A stretch of 64,000 nucleotides of DNA from Candidatus Latescibacterota bacterium (GCA_965206595.1 OZ242214.1:2016001-2080000); one strand, 5' to 3'; positions 19,794 through 29,364 are shown, counted from the stretch's first letter. A program made the numbers and translations. Notes: generated by a model from the sequence alone, not told the origin.

Positions 19794-20666
19794 CTACCGG
19801 GCATAAATCACGATTATGCTGACGACGAGCCAGAGTAGAATCGCGGCCTGAAGCGGTCGGTCCCGCCACACTACTTCCTCTGGTTCTGCTCCTTCCTCCC
19901 TGCGGTAAACCAGGAACAGGTATCTCAGGACACCGTAGAGCACGAACGGAATGGTCCACTGCATGTTTCGGTCCGCCTGCCCCGGTTCTTCGCCTACTCC
20001 CATTGCGTACAGGGCGTAACAAATCAAAGTCGCAGACGTAAAAATGGAGATCACCTGATCGAGAAACGGAAGGGAGTATTCCCGCAGTGTGGCGCGGTGC
20101 CGCTCGGCTCTCCCCCGCAGATGCACCATCTCCTGCCGGCGTTTGATAGTAGAAACAAACAAGGTGACCGCGAACGCGCAGAGTATGAACCAGGTCGAGA
20201 TGTGCACGTCGATCACAACCGCCCCTCCCAGGGCTCGCAGGAGATAGCCCGAGGCGACGCACAGCACGTCTAGCAGTACGACGTGCTTGAGGCGGACGGA
20301 ATAGGCGACGTTCAGGACCGTGTAGACCACAGTCACCCATCCGAAATCGCGATCGAGCAGGAAGGCGCAACCTCCACCCCCCGCGATCAGGAGGACGCTG
20401 GAGACAATGGCAGCCGGGACGGGCAGCGCTCCGGATGCGAGCGGCCTTTTCGATTTGAGAGGGTGATGCCGATCCTGTTCGAGGTCCAGCAGATCGTTGA
20501 CCAGGTAGATGCCGCCGCTCAAAGCCCAGAAACAGAGAAAAGCTCCGAGGGCGCGACTGGCGAACGACCATTCCAGCAGATGTTCGGAGAAGACCAGAGC
20601 GGGAAAGACGAACAGGTTCTTCAGCCACTGGCGAGGACGCGTAGACAACAACAGGTCAACAAGCAT
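19794..20666 (-). CDS. UbiA-family decaprenyl-phosphate phosphoribosyltransferase-like membrane protein
   Basis: RPRQWLKNLFVF, YLVNDLLDLEQDRHHPLKSKRPLASG, LKH, KRRQE; multiple TM segments. Confidence 0.88.
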   Translation of the reverse strand: MLVDLLLSTRPRQWLKNLFVFPALVFSEHLLEWSFASRALGAFLCFWALSGGIYLVNDLLDLEQDRHHPLKSKRPLASGALPVPAAIVSSVLLIAGGGGCAFLLDRDFGWVTVVYTVLNVAYSVRLKHVVLLDVLCVASGYLLRALGGAVVIDVHISTWFILCAFAVTLFVSTIKRRQEMVHLRGRAERHRATLREYSLPFLDQVISIFTSATLICYALYAMGVGEEPGQADRNMQWTIPFVLYGVLRYLFLVYRREEGAEPEEVVWRDRPLQAAILLWLVVSIIVIYAR

Positions 20667-20715
20667 ACTGCAGTCGCGGCAGCCAGGGGCCCGTCAGGGA
20701 CGGATTGATGAAGAA

Positions 20716-20883
20716 GGCAGCCGAGGTGCCCTCAACCGCTTTGATCCCCTGCTTTCAAGCGGGTTCTTCGAAGGCAATCGGGAAGTTCGGGGCCGGAATG
20801 TCTGGAGTAGTACAAAATTCCAAGACCCGGGGAACCAACGCACGTATATAGCGGTTTTGGGTTCGCCTGAATACATCCGGCCA
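20716..20883 (-). ncRNA. ssrS: Candidate 6S RNA
   Basis: About 165-nt rod: terminal GCCGG/UCGGC, AACCGCU/AGCGGUU, central bubble, apical GUUC..CCGG..GUC..UGGA/UCCA..GAC..CCGG..GAAC. The 5' CCGGAUGUAUUC and 3' CCCGCUUGAAAGCAGGGGAUCAAA...GGCACCUCGG resemble 6S terminal motifs as recalled from memory. Confidence 0.55.
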
Positions 20884-21444
20884 CTACACTTCCATTATCT
20901 CTTTCGCCTTCGACTCGATAATCTCATCCACCTGTTTAATGAAATCGTCGGTGAGCTTCTGGATATGATCTTGTGCAGAGCGGGCTTGGTCTTCGCCAAT
21001 GTCCCCGTCCTTCTTGGCTGCATCGACGAGGTCGAGACCATCGCGGCGGCCGTGTCTAACCGCCACTCGCCCTTCCTCCGCCCGGTTGCGGGCAACCTTG
21101 GTCAATTCGATACGGCGCTCACCGGTCAGCTCCGGGATAGGCAGGCGAATGAGGACACCGTCGTTCGATGGATTCAGCCCCAGGTTCTTATCGGCGAGAA
21201 TGGCCTTTTCGATGTCGGGTATCAGATTCGGTTCGTACGGACGCACTAAAACCAGCCTGGGCTCCGGGATGCTGATGACGGCCAGTTGGTTCAGGGGAGT
21301 GGGTGTGCCGTAGTAGTCAATACGGATGCCGTCGAGCAGGGAAGCCGACGCCCTGCCGGTGCGAATTCCGGCAAGTTCGCGCTTCAGAGCATCTATGGAG
21401 TTGCTCATCTGTCGCCGAACTTCCTCGTAGATCTCCTCCAACAT
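20884..21444 (-). CDS. frr: Ribosome recycling factor
   Basis: IRTGRAS, YYGTPTPL, LGLNPSNDG, PELTGERR. Confidence 0.96.
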   Translation of the reverse strand: MLEEIYEEVRRQMSNSIDALKRELAGIRTGRASASLLDGIRIDYYGTPTPLNQLAVISIPEPRLVLVRPYEPNLIPDIEKAILADKNLGLNPSNDGVLIRLPIPELTGERRIELTKVARNRAEEGRVAVRHGRRDGLDLVDAAKKDGDIGEDQARSAQDHIQKLTDDFIKQVDEIIESKAKEIMEV

Positions 21445-21482
21445 GATTGCCTCCAGCGAGGACCGGGTCCCGACAGATCGAT

Positions 21483-22088
21483 CTATTGACTACCCTCGCC
21501 CAGTCGAAACACCGAGAAGCGACTGATCGATATTTTCTCGCCCACCTTCGATGTCAGTTCGGTGACCAAGTCTTCAATCGACTGGTCGCTGTTCTTGACA
21601 AACGGTTGTTCCAGGAGGCAGACCTCCTGGAACAACTTTTCCAGGCGCCCGGAGACGATCTTCTCGGCAATGTTATCGGGCTTGCCTTCGTTTTTCGCCT
21701 GGTCCAGGTAGATCTCGCGCTCGTGCGCGATCACCTCGGAGTCGACTGAATCTCTGTCGATCGCGCGCGGCTGTTCTGCGGCGATATGCATGGCCACGTC
21801 TTTGGCGAACTGCTGAAAATCTTCGGTTCGCGCGACGAAATCAGTCTCACAGTTTACCTCGACCAAGACACCGAGACGATTGCCGGGATGAATGTAGGAA
21901 GTAACCAGCCCTTCGAGCGCGTCGCGCCCCGCTCGCTTTTCCACAGCTGCCATTCCCTGCTTCCGCAGATAGTCGACTGCCTTGTCGAGATCGCCCTTGG
22001 TCTCCTGCAAAGCCTTCTTGCAGTCCATCCACCCAATCCCCGTCTGTTCCCGCAGCTGCCTGACAACGGCCGCGGAGATGTCCGCCAT
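21483..22088 (-). CDS. tsf: Elongation factor Ts (short form)
   Basis: LREQTGIGWMDCKKAL, EVNCETDFVA; 201 aa. Confidence 0.96.
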   Translation of the reverse strand: MADISAAVVRQLREQTGIGWMDCKKALQETKGDLDKAVDYLRKQGMAAVEKRAGRDALEGLVTSYIHPGNRLGVLVEVNCETDFVARTEDFQQFAKDVAMHIAAEQPRAIDRDSVDSEVIAHEREIYLDQAKNEGKPDNIAEKIVSGRLEKLFQEVCLLEQPFVKNSDQSIEDLVTELTSKVGEKISISRFSVFRLGEGSQ

Positions 22089-22142
22089 ACCTATGCCGCC
22101 TTTCCCTTTGCAGATTATTGCTGTGCTGCCTACGAGCGCTCG

Positions 22143-22976
22143 CTAGGTCGCCCGGAACCGATTACCGGCTGCCGGGGCCTGCGGCCTCGAACTTCCGGAA
22201 TCTGGAGAAGTGGAAATCGAGCCTACCCCCGCAACAGCCTGGTCTACCGCTTCCCGATCGACTCCCTCGGCCGCCACTGCTTCGGCCTCATCGGAAGCTG
22301 CCCGGCCCTCAATCACTGCGTCGGCGATCAATGTCGATATCAACTCGATGGATCGGAGGGCGTCGTCGTTGCCCGGTATCGGATAGGTCACGAGGTCGGG
22401 GTCGCAGTTCGTGTCGACGATGGCGACCGAGGGTATCCCCAGTTTCCTCGCTTCGGAAATTGCCAGCTTCTCTTTTTTGATGTCGACTATGTATACCAGA
22501 CCGGGAGGGGTGGCCATCTTGCGAATGCCGGCAAGCGTTTTGGCCATCCGCCCCCGCTCCTTCTCCAGCAACAGCACTTCCTTCTTCTTCAGCTTTTCGT
22601 AGGTGCCGTCCGTGGCGATGCGATCGAGATGGTCGAGGTGGCGGATGTTCTGGCGGATAGTCAACCAGTTGGTAAGCATCCCCCCGAGCCAGCGCTCCGT
22701 TACGTAGAACATCCCGCAGCGCTCCGATTCGCGCAGCACCACATCGACTGCCTGTTTCTTGGTGCCGACGAACAGAACCGATTTTCCTGCCCGGGCGGTA
22801 TCGACGACCGCTTGGTAGACTTCGCCCAGCATCGTCACGGTCTTCTGTAGATCGACGATGTGGATGCCGTTGCGCTCTGTGAAGATGAACGGTCGCATTT
22901 TGGGATTCCAGCGTTGGGTCTGGTGGCCGAAATGCGTACCAGCTTCGAGAAGATCGCGAATTGCTATGTCGGGCAT
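22143..22976 (-). CDS. rpsB: 30S ribosomal protein S2
   Basis: LLEAGTHFGHQ, WNPKM, RWLGGMLTN, DTNCDPD, PGNDDA. Confidence 0.97.
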   Translation of the reverse strand: MPDIAIRDLLEAGTHFGHQTQRWNPKMRPFIFTERNGIHIVDLQKTVTMLGEVYQAVVDTARAGKSVLFVGTKKQAVDVVLRESERCGMFYVTERWLGGMLTNWLTIRQNIRHLDHLDRIATDGTYEKLKKKEVLLLEKERGRMAKTLAGIRKMATPPGLVYIVDIKKEKLAISEARKLGIPSVAIVDTNCDPDLVTYPIPGNDDALRSIELISTLIADAVIEGRAASDEAEAVAAEGVDREAVDQAVAGVGSISTSPDSGSSRPQAPAAGNRFRAT

Positions 22977-23227
22977 GTCACAATCACTTTCGTTTGGTGT
23001 ATGGCGCGGCAGCCACAGCCTTCATCTTGGGCGTGAACCAATGAAAACAGGCCTCAAACGCATCAGAGGACCTGCTGCAACTCTTGACAAATGCCTTGCT
23101 ATGAATTGCCGAAGGGCTTTGGGGGTGCAGCTAGACTCGAAGTGAGGGGGTTGTCCGGCTGCTCCATGGATTAGCAAGTCGTCAAAACAACCGGCGGTTT
23201 GCCTCGGGCCCTCCGCAGTCGCGGGGC

Positions 23228-23623
23228 TCAGCGCTTGGAGAACTGGAAGCGCTTGCGGGCTCCGGCCAAGCCGTACTTTTTGCGCTCCTTCTCCCTGGGA
23301 TCGCGGGTCAGAAAACCAGCTTTCTTCAATGCCGGGCGCCAAGTCGGATCGTACTGGATCAGCGCTCGGGCGATGCCCAGACATGCGGCTCCTGCCTGTC
23401 CCTGCAGTCCGCCTCCATGCACACTAATCTGGATGTCGAACCGCTGGCGCGATTCGGTCAGGTCGAGAGGCTGGACCATCATCATTTCTAGGGCGTCCCG
23501 CCTGAGATAATCCTCAAGGCTACGGCCATTCATCGCGATCGTTCCCGACCCGGGACGGACGCGCACGCGGGCGACGGATGTTTTCCTGCGACCGGTCGCC
23601 TCGAAAGTCTGCTCAGCCATCAT
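23228..23623 (-). CDS. rpsI: 30S ribosomal protein S9
   Basis: [39 protein letters not shown]. Confidence 0.97.
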   Translation of the reverse strand: MMAEQTFEATGRRKTSVARVRVRPGSGTIAMNGRSLEDYLRRDALEMMMVQPLDLTESRQRFDIQISVHGGGLQGQAGAACLGIARALIQYDPTWRPALKKAGFLTRDPREKERKKYGLAGARKRFQFSKR

Positions 23624-23639
23624 CCCGCCCCTTCCCCAT

Positions 23640-24071
23640 TCAGAGGGTCAACTCTTCCGGTTTTTGCGCCGCGTGCCCATGTTCGGGACCAGCGTACACC
23701 CGCAGCTTCTTCAGCGTCTGCCGCCCCAGGACATTGTGCGGCAGCATTCCACGAACCGCTTTCCTGATCACGCGCTCGGGGTGTTTTTCCATCATCTCGC
23801 GGTAAGTCGTCGTACGAAGGCCTCCGGGATACCCGGTGTGGCGGTAGTAGACCTTCTGCTCCTCCTTGCGACCCGTCACCGCGACCTTTTCGGCGTTGAC
23901 GACGATCACGTGATCCCCCATGTCGAGATGCGGTGTAAAGGTCGGCTTGTGCTTGCCGCGAAGTACATGGGCGATCCGCGATGCCAGCCGGCCCAGTGTT
24001 TCGCCGCTCGCATCGACGACGTACCACTTGCGATCAATTTCGTTCGCCTTAGGCGAGTATGTCTTTTCCAC
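23640..24071 (-). CDS. rplM: 50S ribosomal protein L13
   Basis: [36 protein letters not shown]. Confidence 0.97.
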   Translation of the reverse strand: MEKTYSPKANEIDRKWYVVDASGETLGRLASRIAHVLRGKHKPTFTPHLDMGDHVIVVNAEKVAVTGRKEEQKVYYRHTGYPGGLRTTTYREMMEKHPERVIRKAVRGMLPHNVLGRQTLKKLRVYAGPEHGHAAQKPEELTL

Positions 24072-24086
24072 GCCGTGCTCCGCAGC

Positions 24087-24158
24087 GATTTTTCCTCAGG
24101 AAGATTTTTCCTCAGGAAATAGACTTTTCAACTTAAGGAGGACACCGCTGACTGTCAA
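24087..24158 (-). promoter_or_regulatory. rplM promoter followed by a tandem 16-bp repeat
   Basis: TTGACA (24158-24153), 17-bp spacer, TAAGTT (24135-24130); GATTTTTCCTCAGGAA x2 at 24087-24118. Confidence 0.65.
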
Positions 24159-24765
24159 CATAAAGTCGGCGCCTCCAGGCCCGGAACAGGGCAACGGCGA
24201 CCAGGGTGGCGATCACCGCGAGCACCGCTCGGTTGTAGTCCCGGAGCAGTTCGACGGCACGCTCCCAGTTGTTTCCGACGAGCAGCCCGGCGTAGATCAG
24301 CAGGCCGTTCCAGATCGCCATGCTCACCAGCCCCAGTCCGACCACCGGTTTCCAGCCCATCCCCCCCATTCCCGCGGAAAGCGCGATCACGGAGCGGATG
24401 CCGCTGAGAAAGCGGTTGGCGAGCACCAGCCAGGCGCCGTAGCGCTCCAGCCATCGCGTCGCGCGCTCGAGGCTCTGCACTGAGGCGATGCGAAACCGGG
24501 ACTGCAGGATGCGGGCCCCGTGTCTGGCTCCGAGCGCGAACATCACCGAGAAGCCCAAGGTTCCGCCGAGGCAGGTGCATACGTACGCGGGGATCCACTC
24601 CAGCACACCGCGGCCGACGAGATAGGCGCTGAAGAGGACCACAACGTCGCCGGGCACTGGGGGGATGAGGTTCTCCAGGAAAGCGCTGGCCGCCAGGAAG
24701 AAATAGGCCCACAGCGGGTTCCATCGCCCCAATTCGGCAACCGCGCTGTTGATGAAGTCGACCAA
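24133..24765 (-). CDS. DedA-family membrane protein
   Basis: ENLIPPVPGD, RYGAWLVLANRFLSGIRS; hydrophobic profile. Confidence 0.9.
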   Translation of the reverse strand: MVDFINSAVAELGRWNPLWAYFFLAASAFLENLIPPVPGDVVVLFSAYLVGRGVLEWIPAYVCTCLGGTLGFSVMFALGARHGARILQSRFRIASVQSLERATRWLERYGAWLVLANRFLSGIRSVIALSAGMGGMGWKPVVGLGLVSMAIWNGLLIYAGLLVGNNWERAVELLRDYNRAVLAVIATLVAVALFRAWRRRLYVDSQRCPP

Positions 24766-24777
24766 TTGCGCCCGCGG

Positions 24778-25995
24778 CTACTTTTCAACCTGAGCTACGG
24801 CTTGCGCCGCCATGCCCTCGGAGCGCCCGGTGAATCCGAGCCTTTCGGTCGTCGTCGCCTTGACCGATACCGCCTCCAGGGGAATCCCCATCGCCTCAGC
24901 CAGTTTTCCCCTGATGGCGTCCATGTGGGGAGCAAGCTTCGGTTCCTGCGCCATGACCACCGCATCCACGTTGACCATCCGCACCCCCTTTTCGCCGAGG
25001 AGATCTCGCACCTTGGCGAGCAGCACCAGGCTCGAGATGCCGCGATAGCTCTCGTCGTCGTCAGGAAAATGCCGGCCGATGTCGCCGAGCGCGGCCGCAC
25101 CGAGCAAAGCATCGATTATGGCGTGAGTGAGAACATCGGCGTCGGAATGTCCTTCCAGACCTGCAGAGTGGGGAATGGTCAAGCCGCCAAGTATCAGCGG
25201 CTTGCCCGGCACCAAGCGATGGACGTCGTATCCCTGCCCTACCCTCGTGCTCGCGACGACTGCCGTGGCTGCCGGAATATCGGTTTTTTCGGGACGGCGC
25301 TTGCCCATGAACCATTCGACTTTCTCGAAGTCTTCGGGAGTGGTCATCTTGATGTTGAGGGAGTCGCCGGGAACGATGCACACCCTCGCGCCCATTCGCT
25401 CCAGCAACGTCGCCTCGTCGGTGGTCGGACGGGTACCTGCTGCCGCGCTCTCGGCGAACGCCTCGAGAAGGGTATCCCTGCGAAAACCCTGGGGGGTTTG
25501 CGCGTTCCACAGAGACCGCCGGTCCGGCGTCCCAACGACCACCCCCCCCCTCACTTCCTTCACTGTCTCCGTAGCCGGCAGCGCGGGGATGGCCGCCCCG
25601 GACCGCTCAGTCTCCTCGATTACCCGGTCGATAAGCTCTCGGGTGACCAGTGGACGCACGGCGTCGTGGATCAGGACGATTTCGTCCTCCGCCGTCGTCG
25701 CGCTCAGGGCGGAGCGAACCGAGTCGTAGCGCGCCCTGCCGCCGTCGACAGCCTGCCGCAGCTTGGAAAAGTCGCCGGCAAATTCTTCATAACGGGCGCG
25801 ATCGGCGGGATTGAGGGCGACGATGATTCCCCCTACCGATCGGGTCTCCTCGAAGCAGCACAAAGTATGCCACAATACCGGCCTGCCCAGCAGTTTCCGG
25901 AACTGCTTGGGTACGGCCCCCGGCATCCGCGTCCCGCGGCCGGCCGCAGGAACCACAGCGACGACCTTGCCTGCTGTTTCACTGCGCTCATGCAT
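24778..25995 (-). CDS. ispDF: Bifunctional IspD/IspF (MEP pathway)
   Basis: IspD: AAGRGTRM, PKQF, IHDAVRP, QTPQ. IspF: GQGYDVH, GHSDADV, DIGRHFP, KATTTE. Confidence 0.95.
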   Translation of the reverse strand: MHERSETAGKVVAVVPAAGRGTRMPGAVPKQFRKLLGRPVLWHTLCCFEETRSVGGIIVALNPADRARYEEFAGDFSKLRQAVDGGRARYDSVRSALSATTAEDEIVLIHDAVRPLVTRELIDRVIEETERSGAAIPALPATETVKEVRGGVVVGTPDRRSLWNAQTPQGFRRDTLLEAFAESAAAGTRPTTDEATLLERMGARVCIVPGDSLNIKMTTPEDFEKVEWFMGKRRPEKTDIPAATAVVASTRVGQGYDVHRLVPGKPLILGGLTIPHSAGLEGHSDADVLTHAIIDALLGAAALGDIGRHFPDDDESYRGISSLVLLAKVRDLLGEKGVRMVNVDAVVMAQEPKLAPHMDAIRGKLAEAMGIPLEAVSVKATTTERLGFTGRSEGMAAQAVAQVEK

Positions 25996-26025
25996 GGCGG
26001 CCAAAAATCACTTTGGGTCGGGAAT

Positions 26026-27066
26026 TCACGAGATGAACATGGCGTCCCCGTAGCTGTAGAAGCGATATCCAGCCGCTACCGCTTCGCGATATGCAGCGAG
26101 GACCGCATCCGTTCCGGCGAACGCCGACACCAGCAGCAGCAGGGTGGAACGCGGCAGGTGAAAATTGGTCAGCAGTGCGTCGACAGCCCGGAAGCGATAG
26201 GGGGGCAGGATGTAACATTTGGTCCATCCGGCCCCGCCGCGAACCAGGCCCTCCTCCGACGCCAGCGTTTCCAGAGTCCGCGCGGTGGTCGTACCGACGG
26301 CGACAATGCGGCCTCCTGCTCGCTTTCGACGACATATCTCCCCGGCCTCCGATTCGCCCAGCTGGTACCACTCCGCTTCCAATCGATGCTTGCGAGGATC
26401 GGTAGTTCGGACCGGTTCGAATGTTCCGGGTCCGACATTCAGGGTCAAGGGAATTACCCCCACCCCCATCTGTCGCAAGCGATCGATCATGTCCAAGGTA
26501 AAGTGAAGACCCGCGGTCGGCGCCGCGACCGCTCCCTCGCTGCGGGCATATACCGTTTGATAGCGCTCGAAGTCTTCGAAAATCGGACGCCGCTGAAGGT
26601 ACGGGGGCAGCGGGACCTCGCCATGGGCGCGTATGATTTCCCGGTCCGGTCGACCACCTTCGAATCGAATGCTGAGGCGGCCGTCCGGCCCTATCGCAAG
26701 AACACGAATGGCCGCCCCGGGACGGTCTCCTGCGACGAGTTCCAGCCTTTCCGATTCCTTCAGGCGCCTTGTCGGCTTGCCGAGCGCCTGCCAGCAGCCC
26801 TCTTCGGTACGGTGGATCAGCAGCAGTTCGATCCGGCCCCCACCGCTCATCCTACGGGCCTGAAGCCGCGCCGGGAAGACCTTGGCGTCGTTGACGACGA
26901 GGGCGTCCGCGGGGCTCAGCAGATCGGGGAAATCGGCGAATGCGAGGTGCTCGTGCGAGCCGTCGTCGCGGCGCAGATGCAGAAGACGCGAGCCATCGCG
27001 ACCTTCCGCAGGATGTTTGGCTATCTGGCTCGGAGGGAGGGCAAAGTCGAAATCTGACAGGTCCAT
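26026..27066 (-). CDS. queA: S-adenosylmethionine:tRNA ribosyltransferase-isomerase
   Basis: DFDFALP, PLPPY, YQTVYA, AAPTAGLHFT, TNFHLPRSTL, YRFYSYGDAM. Confidence 0.96.
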   Translation of the reverse strand: MDLSDFDFALPPSQIAKHPAEGRDGSRLLHLRRDDGSHEHLAFADFPDLLSPADALVVNDAKVFPARLQARRMSGGGRIELLLIHRTEEGCWQALGKPTRRLKESERLELVAGDRPGAAIRVLAIGPDGRLSIRFEGGRPDREIIRAHGEVPLPPYLQRRPIFEDFERYQTVYARSEGAVAAPTAGLHFTLDMIDRLRQMGVGVIPLTLNVGPGTFEPVRTTDPRKHRLEAEWYQLGESEAGEICRRKRAGGRIVAVGTTTARTLETLASEEGLVRGGAGWTKCYILPPYRFRAVDALLTNFHLPRSTLLLLVSAFAGTDAVLAAYREAVAAGYRFYSYGDAMFIS

Positions 27067-27120
27067 CTAATCGAGAAAAGCCCGCCGAGCGGATTGGAGG
27101 AAGCGGAACCGGATGAGCCC

Positions 27121-27149
27121 AACCTACCCGGCTCGCCGGAGGGGGTCAA
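27121..27149 (-). promoter_or_regulatory. Putative sigma70 promoter for queA-ispDF-dedA
   Basis: TTGACC (27149-27144), 17-bp spacer, TAGGTT (27126-27121). Confidence 0.5.
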
Positions 27150-27297
27150 GCAGAGTAGTGAGGAAGCGGGTGGTCGGATGCAGTTGCCTGAACCGCGAAG
27201 GGGGATGTCCGTTGCCCGGGGTCAACGCCACCCTGGGGGGAAAAGGGCCCCACACCCGGAACGTGCGATCTACAGCTCCTATCGCGCAAAAGCGGAT

Positions 27298-28041
27298 TTA
27301 ACGGGAATGGCGGTAAATCGTGGAAAGAATCTTGAGGCCTGCCCGGAAGCTTCCGGCCACGGTGCCGCTGATCTTCGATTCCCCAATTCGCCTCCGATAA
27401 CTGACAGGTACCTCCGCGATGCGCAGGCCCCTTTTTGCCGCCTTTATCTGCATCTCCACCGTCCATCCGAAATCCCGGTCCTCCATTCCCAGCTGCTCGA
27501 GTGCCGGCCGGTTTATGGCCCGGAACGGACCGAGATCGGTGTAGGATACTCCGAACAACAGGCGGATCAGCGAAGTGGCGAGAAGGTTGCCCAGCCGGGA
27601 TTGAGGGGGCAGGGCCCACGGTTGGCGGCGGCCTCGCACCCGGGACCCGATGACGAGGTCGGCCCCCTCGGTGCATATGGGGGTCAGCAGTCGCCCCATT
27701 TCTTTGGGATGGTCGCTGTAGTCGCCGTCCAGGAAAACAACGACATCGCACTCCCTGAGCGCCGCAATACCCGCCAGGCACGCCTGGCCGTACCCCTTTC
27801 GGGGTTCGCTGACCACCTCTGCGCCGGCCTCCTCCGCCCTGGCTGCGGTGTCGTCGGTCGAACCGTTGTCCACAACTACGACTTGATCAACTACAGCATC
27901 GATCTGCCCGCTCTCCGCGAACCGCTTCGGGATGTCGGCGAGCACCCTGCCGATCGCTTCCCGCTCGTCGCGAGCCGGTATCACTACCCCGATCGACAGC
28001 CTGGGCGGGGGAACCTGGGATGGATCACCGGGAGACGCCAT
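27298..28041 (-). CDS. Glycosyltransferase family 2 (DPM1-like)
   Basis: VVIPARDE, VVDNGSTD, GYGQAC, FLDGDYSD, DLGPFRAI, GWTVEMQ. Confidence 0.9.
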   Translation of the reverse strand: MASPGDPSQVPPPRLSIGVVIPARDEREAIGRVLADIPKRFAESGQIDAVVDQVVVVDNGSTDDTAARAEEAGAEVVSEPRKGYGQACLAGIAALRECDVVVFLDGDYSDHPKEMGRLLTPICTEGADLVIGSRVRGRRQPWALPPQSRLGNLLATSLIRLLFGVSYTDLGPFRAINRPALEQLGMEDRDFGWTVEMQIKAAKRGLRIAEVPVSYRRRIGESKISGTVAGSFRAGLKILSTIYRHSR

Positions 28042-28246
28042 TCTTGTTGTTTGGGTGGCGGCCTCGAAGCCAGATGGAATGGCCATGACCGTGGGTCGTC
28101 GCGGGCTTGGTCAAGGCCGGGCCCACACGCAAAACCGCAACGAACCTGCGGTCCCCGCCAGGCAAAATGCCGGGCAGGAAGATCTAATTCGGTTTTACCA
28201 TCCGCTCCCGGACGGGAGTCAGCTTAAACCGGAGATAGGGGATCGG

Positions 28247-29185
28247 CTACAAATTCTTCTCGAGCCAGGAGAGCAACGCGTCGACGACTTCGGGATTTTC
28301 CAGCAGGTCGAGCCCATCCGCCGCCTGACTTACGTACACCACCCTACTTTCGTATACCACCCTGCCTTTGTAGAGCACCCTCCCATCATACACCTGATAC
28401 TCCTGAAGTTCGTCCGGGACCAGCTTCAGGTCTGTCGGATCGTCGGTGGAGTTTTTCAGGTCCGAAGCATAGTCGGGATAGATCAAAAACCCGTCATCGG
28501 TGATCTGGCGAATGTCGTTCTCGGCGACGATGAACATCATCGAGTGCGGAGAGAAGTCCTCCACCTCCTCACCAACAGCGAACGGCTTCCCGGTGAAGTA
28601 ATCAAAGATCCCGGGAGAAAGGGCGACACCTGCCTGGAGGTCGTCCGGGAAAGCCCCCATGCTCACGAAGGCGACATTGCCCCCTACCCCGGCCCCGACG
28701 ATGGCGACACGGGCGATGTCCGCCGAAGGCTCGGATTTCAACCAGTTCAGGGCGGCGCGGACGTCGAGGTGAAAATGGTCGAGATCGGAAACAAGCAGGA
28801 TCTGCTCGGTGCGGCCGTCGTCGGGATACGGTGTGTTTCCGTGGCCGCGCAGGTCGATGGCCAGGGGGGAATACCCCTCTTCGAGGAGCCGTTCGAACAA
28901 GCCGGCGAACAACCATTCCAGTCCGCCGATGAACGCGCTGAGTTCCCCGATATCGTGGACGAGGATCACCACGGGGTTCGGCCCGGGGACATCCGGGTGA
29001 CTGTATCGGGCGCTGACCTCGACATTGTCCACGGTGGTGAAGGTGACATCCTTGACTGGATAGGCAATCCCCGGTCCGGTGGGGAATTCGGGGGCTTCTA
29101 TTGTGATGTCATCCTCCTGGGTAGCGCAGCCGGCGGCCAGCCAGAACACCAATGAGAAGAGTAGTTGCCGAACGAAGGGTTTCAT
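28247..29185 (-). CDS. Alpha/beta-hydrolase-fold lipoprotein, probably catalytically degenerate
   Basis: Lipobox LAAGC; VILVH, DLRGHG, DVRAALNWL; nucleophile elbow reads GAGVGG with no Ser. Confidence 0.8.
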   Translation of the reverse strand: MKPFVRQLLFSLVFWLAAGCATQEDDITIEAPEFPTGPGIAYPVKDVTFTTVDNVEVSARYSHPDVPGPNPVVILVHDIGELSAFIGGLEWLFAGLFERLLEEGYSPLAIDLRGHGNTPYPDDGRTEQILLVSDLDHFHLDVRAALNWLKSEPSADIARVAIVGAGVGGNVAFVSMGAFPDDLQAGVALSPGIFDYFTGKPFAVGEEVEDFSPHSMMFIVAENDIRQITDDGFLIYPDYASDLKNSTDDPTDLKLVPDELQEYQVYDGRVLYKGRVVYESRVVYVSQAADGLDLLENPEVVDALLSWLEKNL

Positions 29186-29215
29186 GCTACTCCCGGGGTT
29201 CCTTCCAATGTGAAT

Positions 29216-29286
29216 TTCCCTTGCCAATTGCGTACAGCGCTTCCCTTGCCAATTGCGTACAGCGCCTTGCCAATTGCGTACAGCGC
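29216..29286. repeat. Tandem repeat, three copies of CTTGCCAATTGCGTACAGCGC
   Basis: Units at 29216-29240 and 29241-29265 (25 nt, with TTCC prefix) and 29266-29286 (21 nt), in a divergent intergenic region. Confidence 0.92.
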
Positions 29287-29364
29287 ATGGATTAGCACAG
29301 CTCGTAAATTTAAGGTAACCAGGGAAATCGAGCGGTGCCAACCAACTACCCACTCTCCTGATCG

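Noticed and set aside
19750-19800. tRNA 3' end as a prophage or island attachment site
   Set aside because: No integrase and no duplicated tRNA 3' fragment noticed in the window.
22977-23227. rpsB leader as an S2 autoregulatory RNA
   Set aside because: Plausible by position, but I could not identify the conserved motifs by eye.
24520-27057. 845-aa plus-strand ORF, and similar long ORFs such as 8161-9672, 51580-53376, 53452-55203 and 46575-48026
   Set aside because: Antisense shadows of well-supported genes, expected in high-GC DNA; no recognisable motifs.
29216-29286. Possible mini-CRISPR array
   Set aside because: Repeats are adjacent (0-4 nt apart) with no unique spacers, and there are no cas genes.
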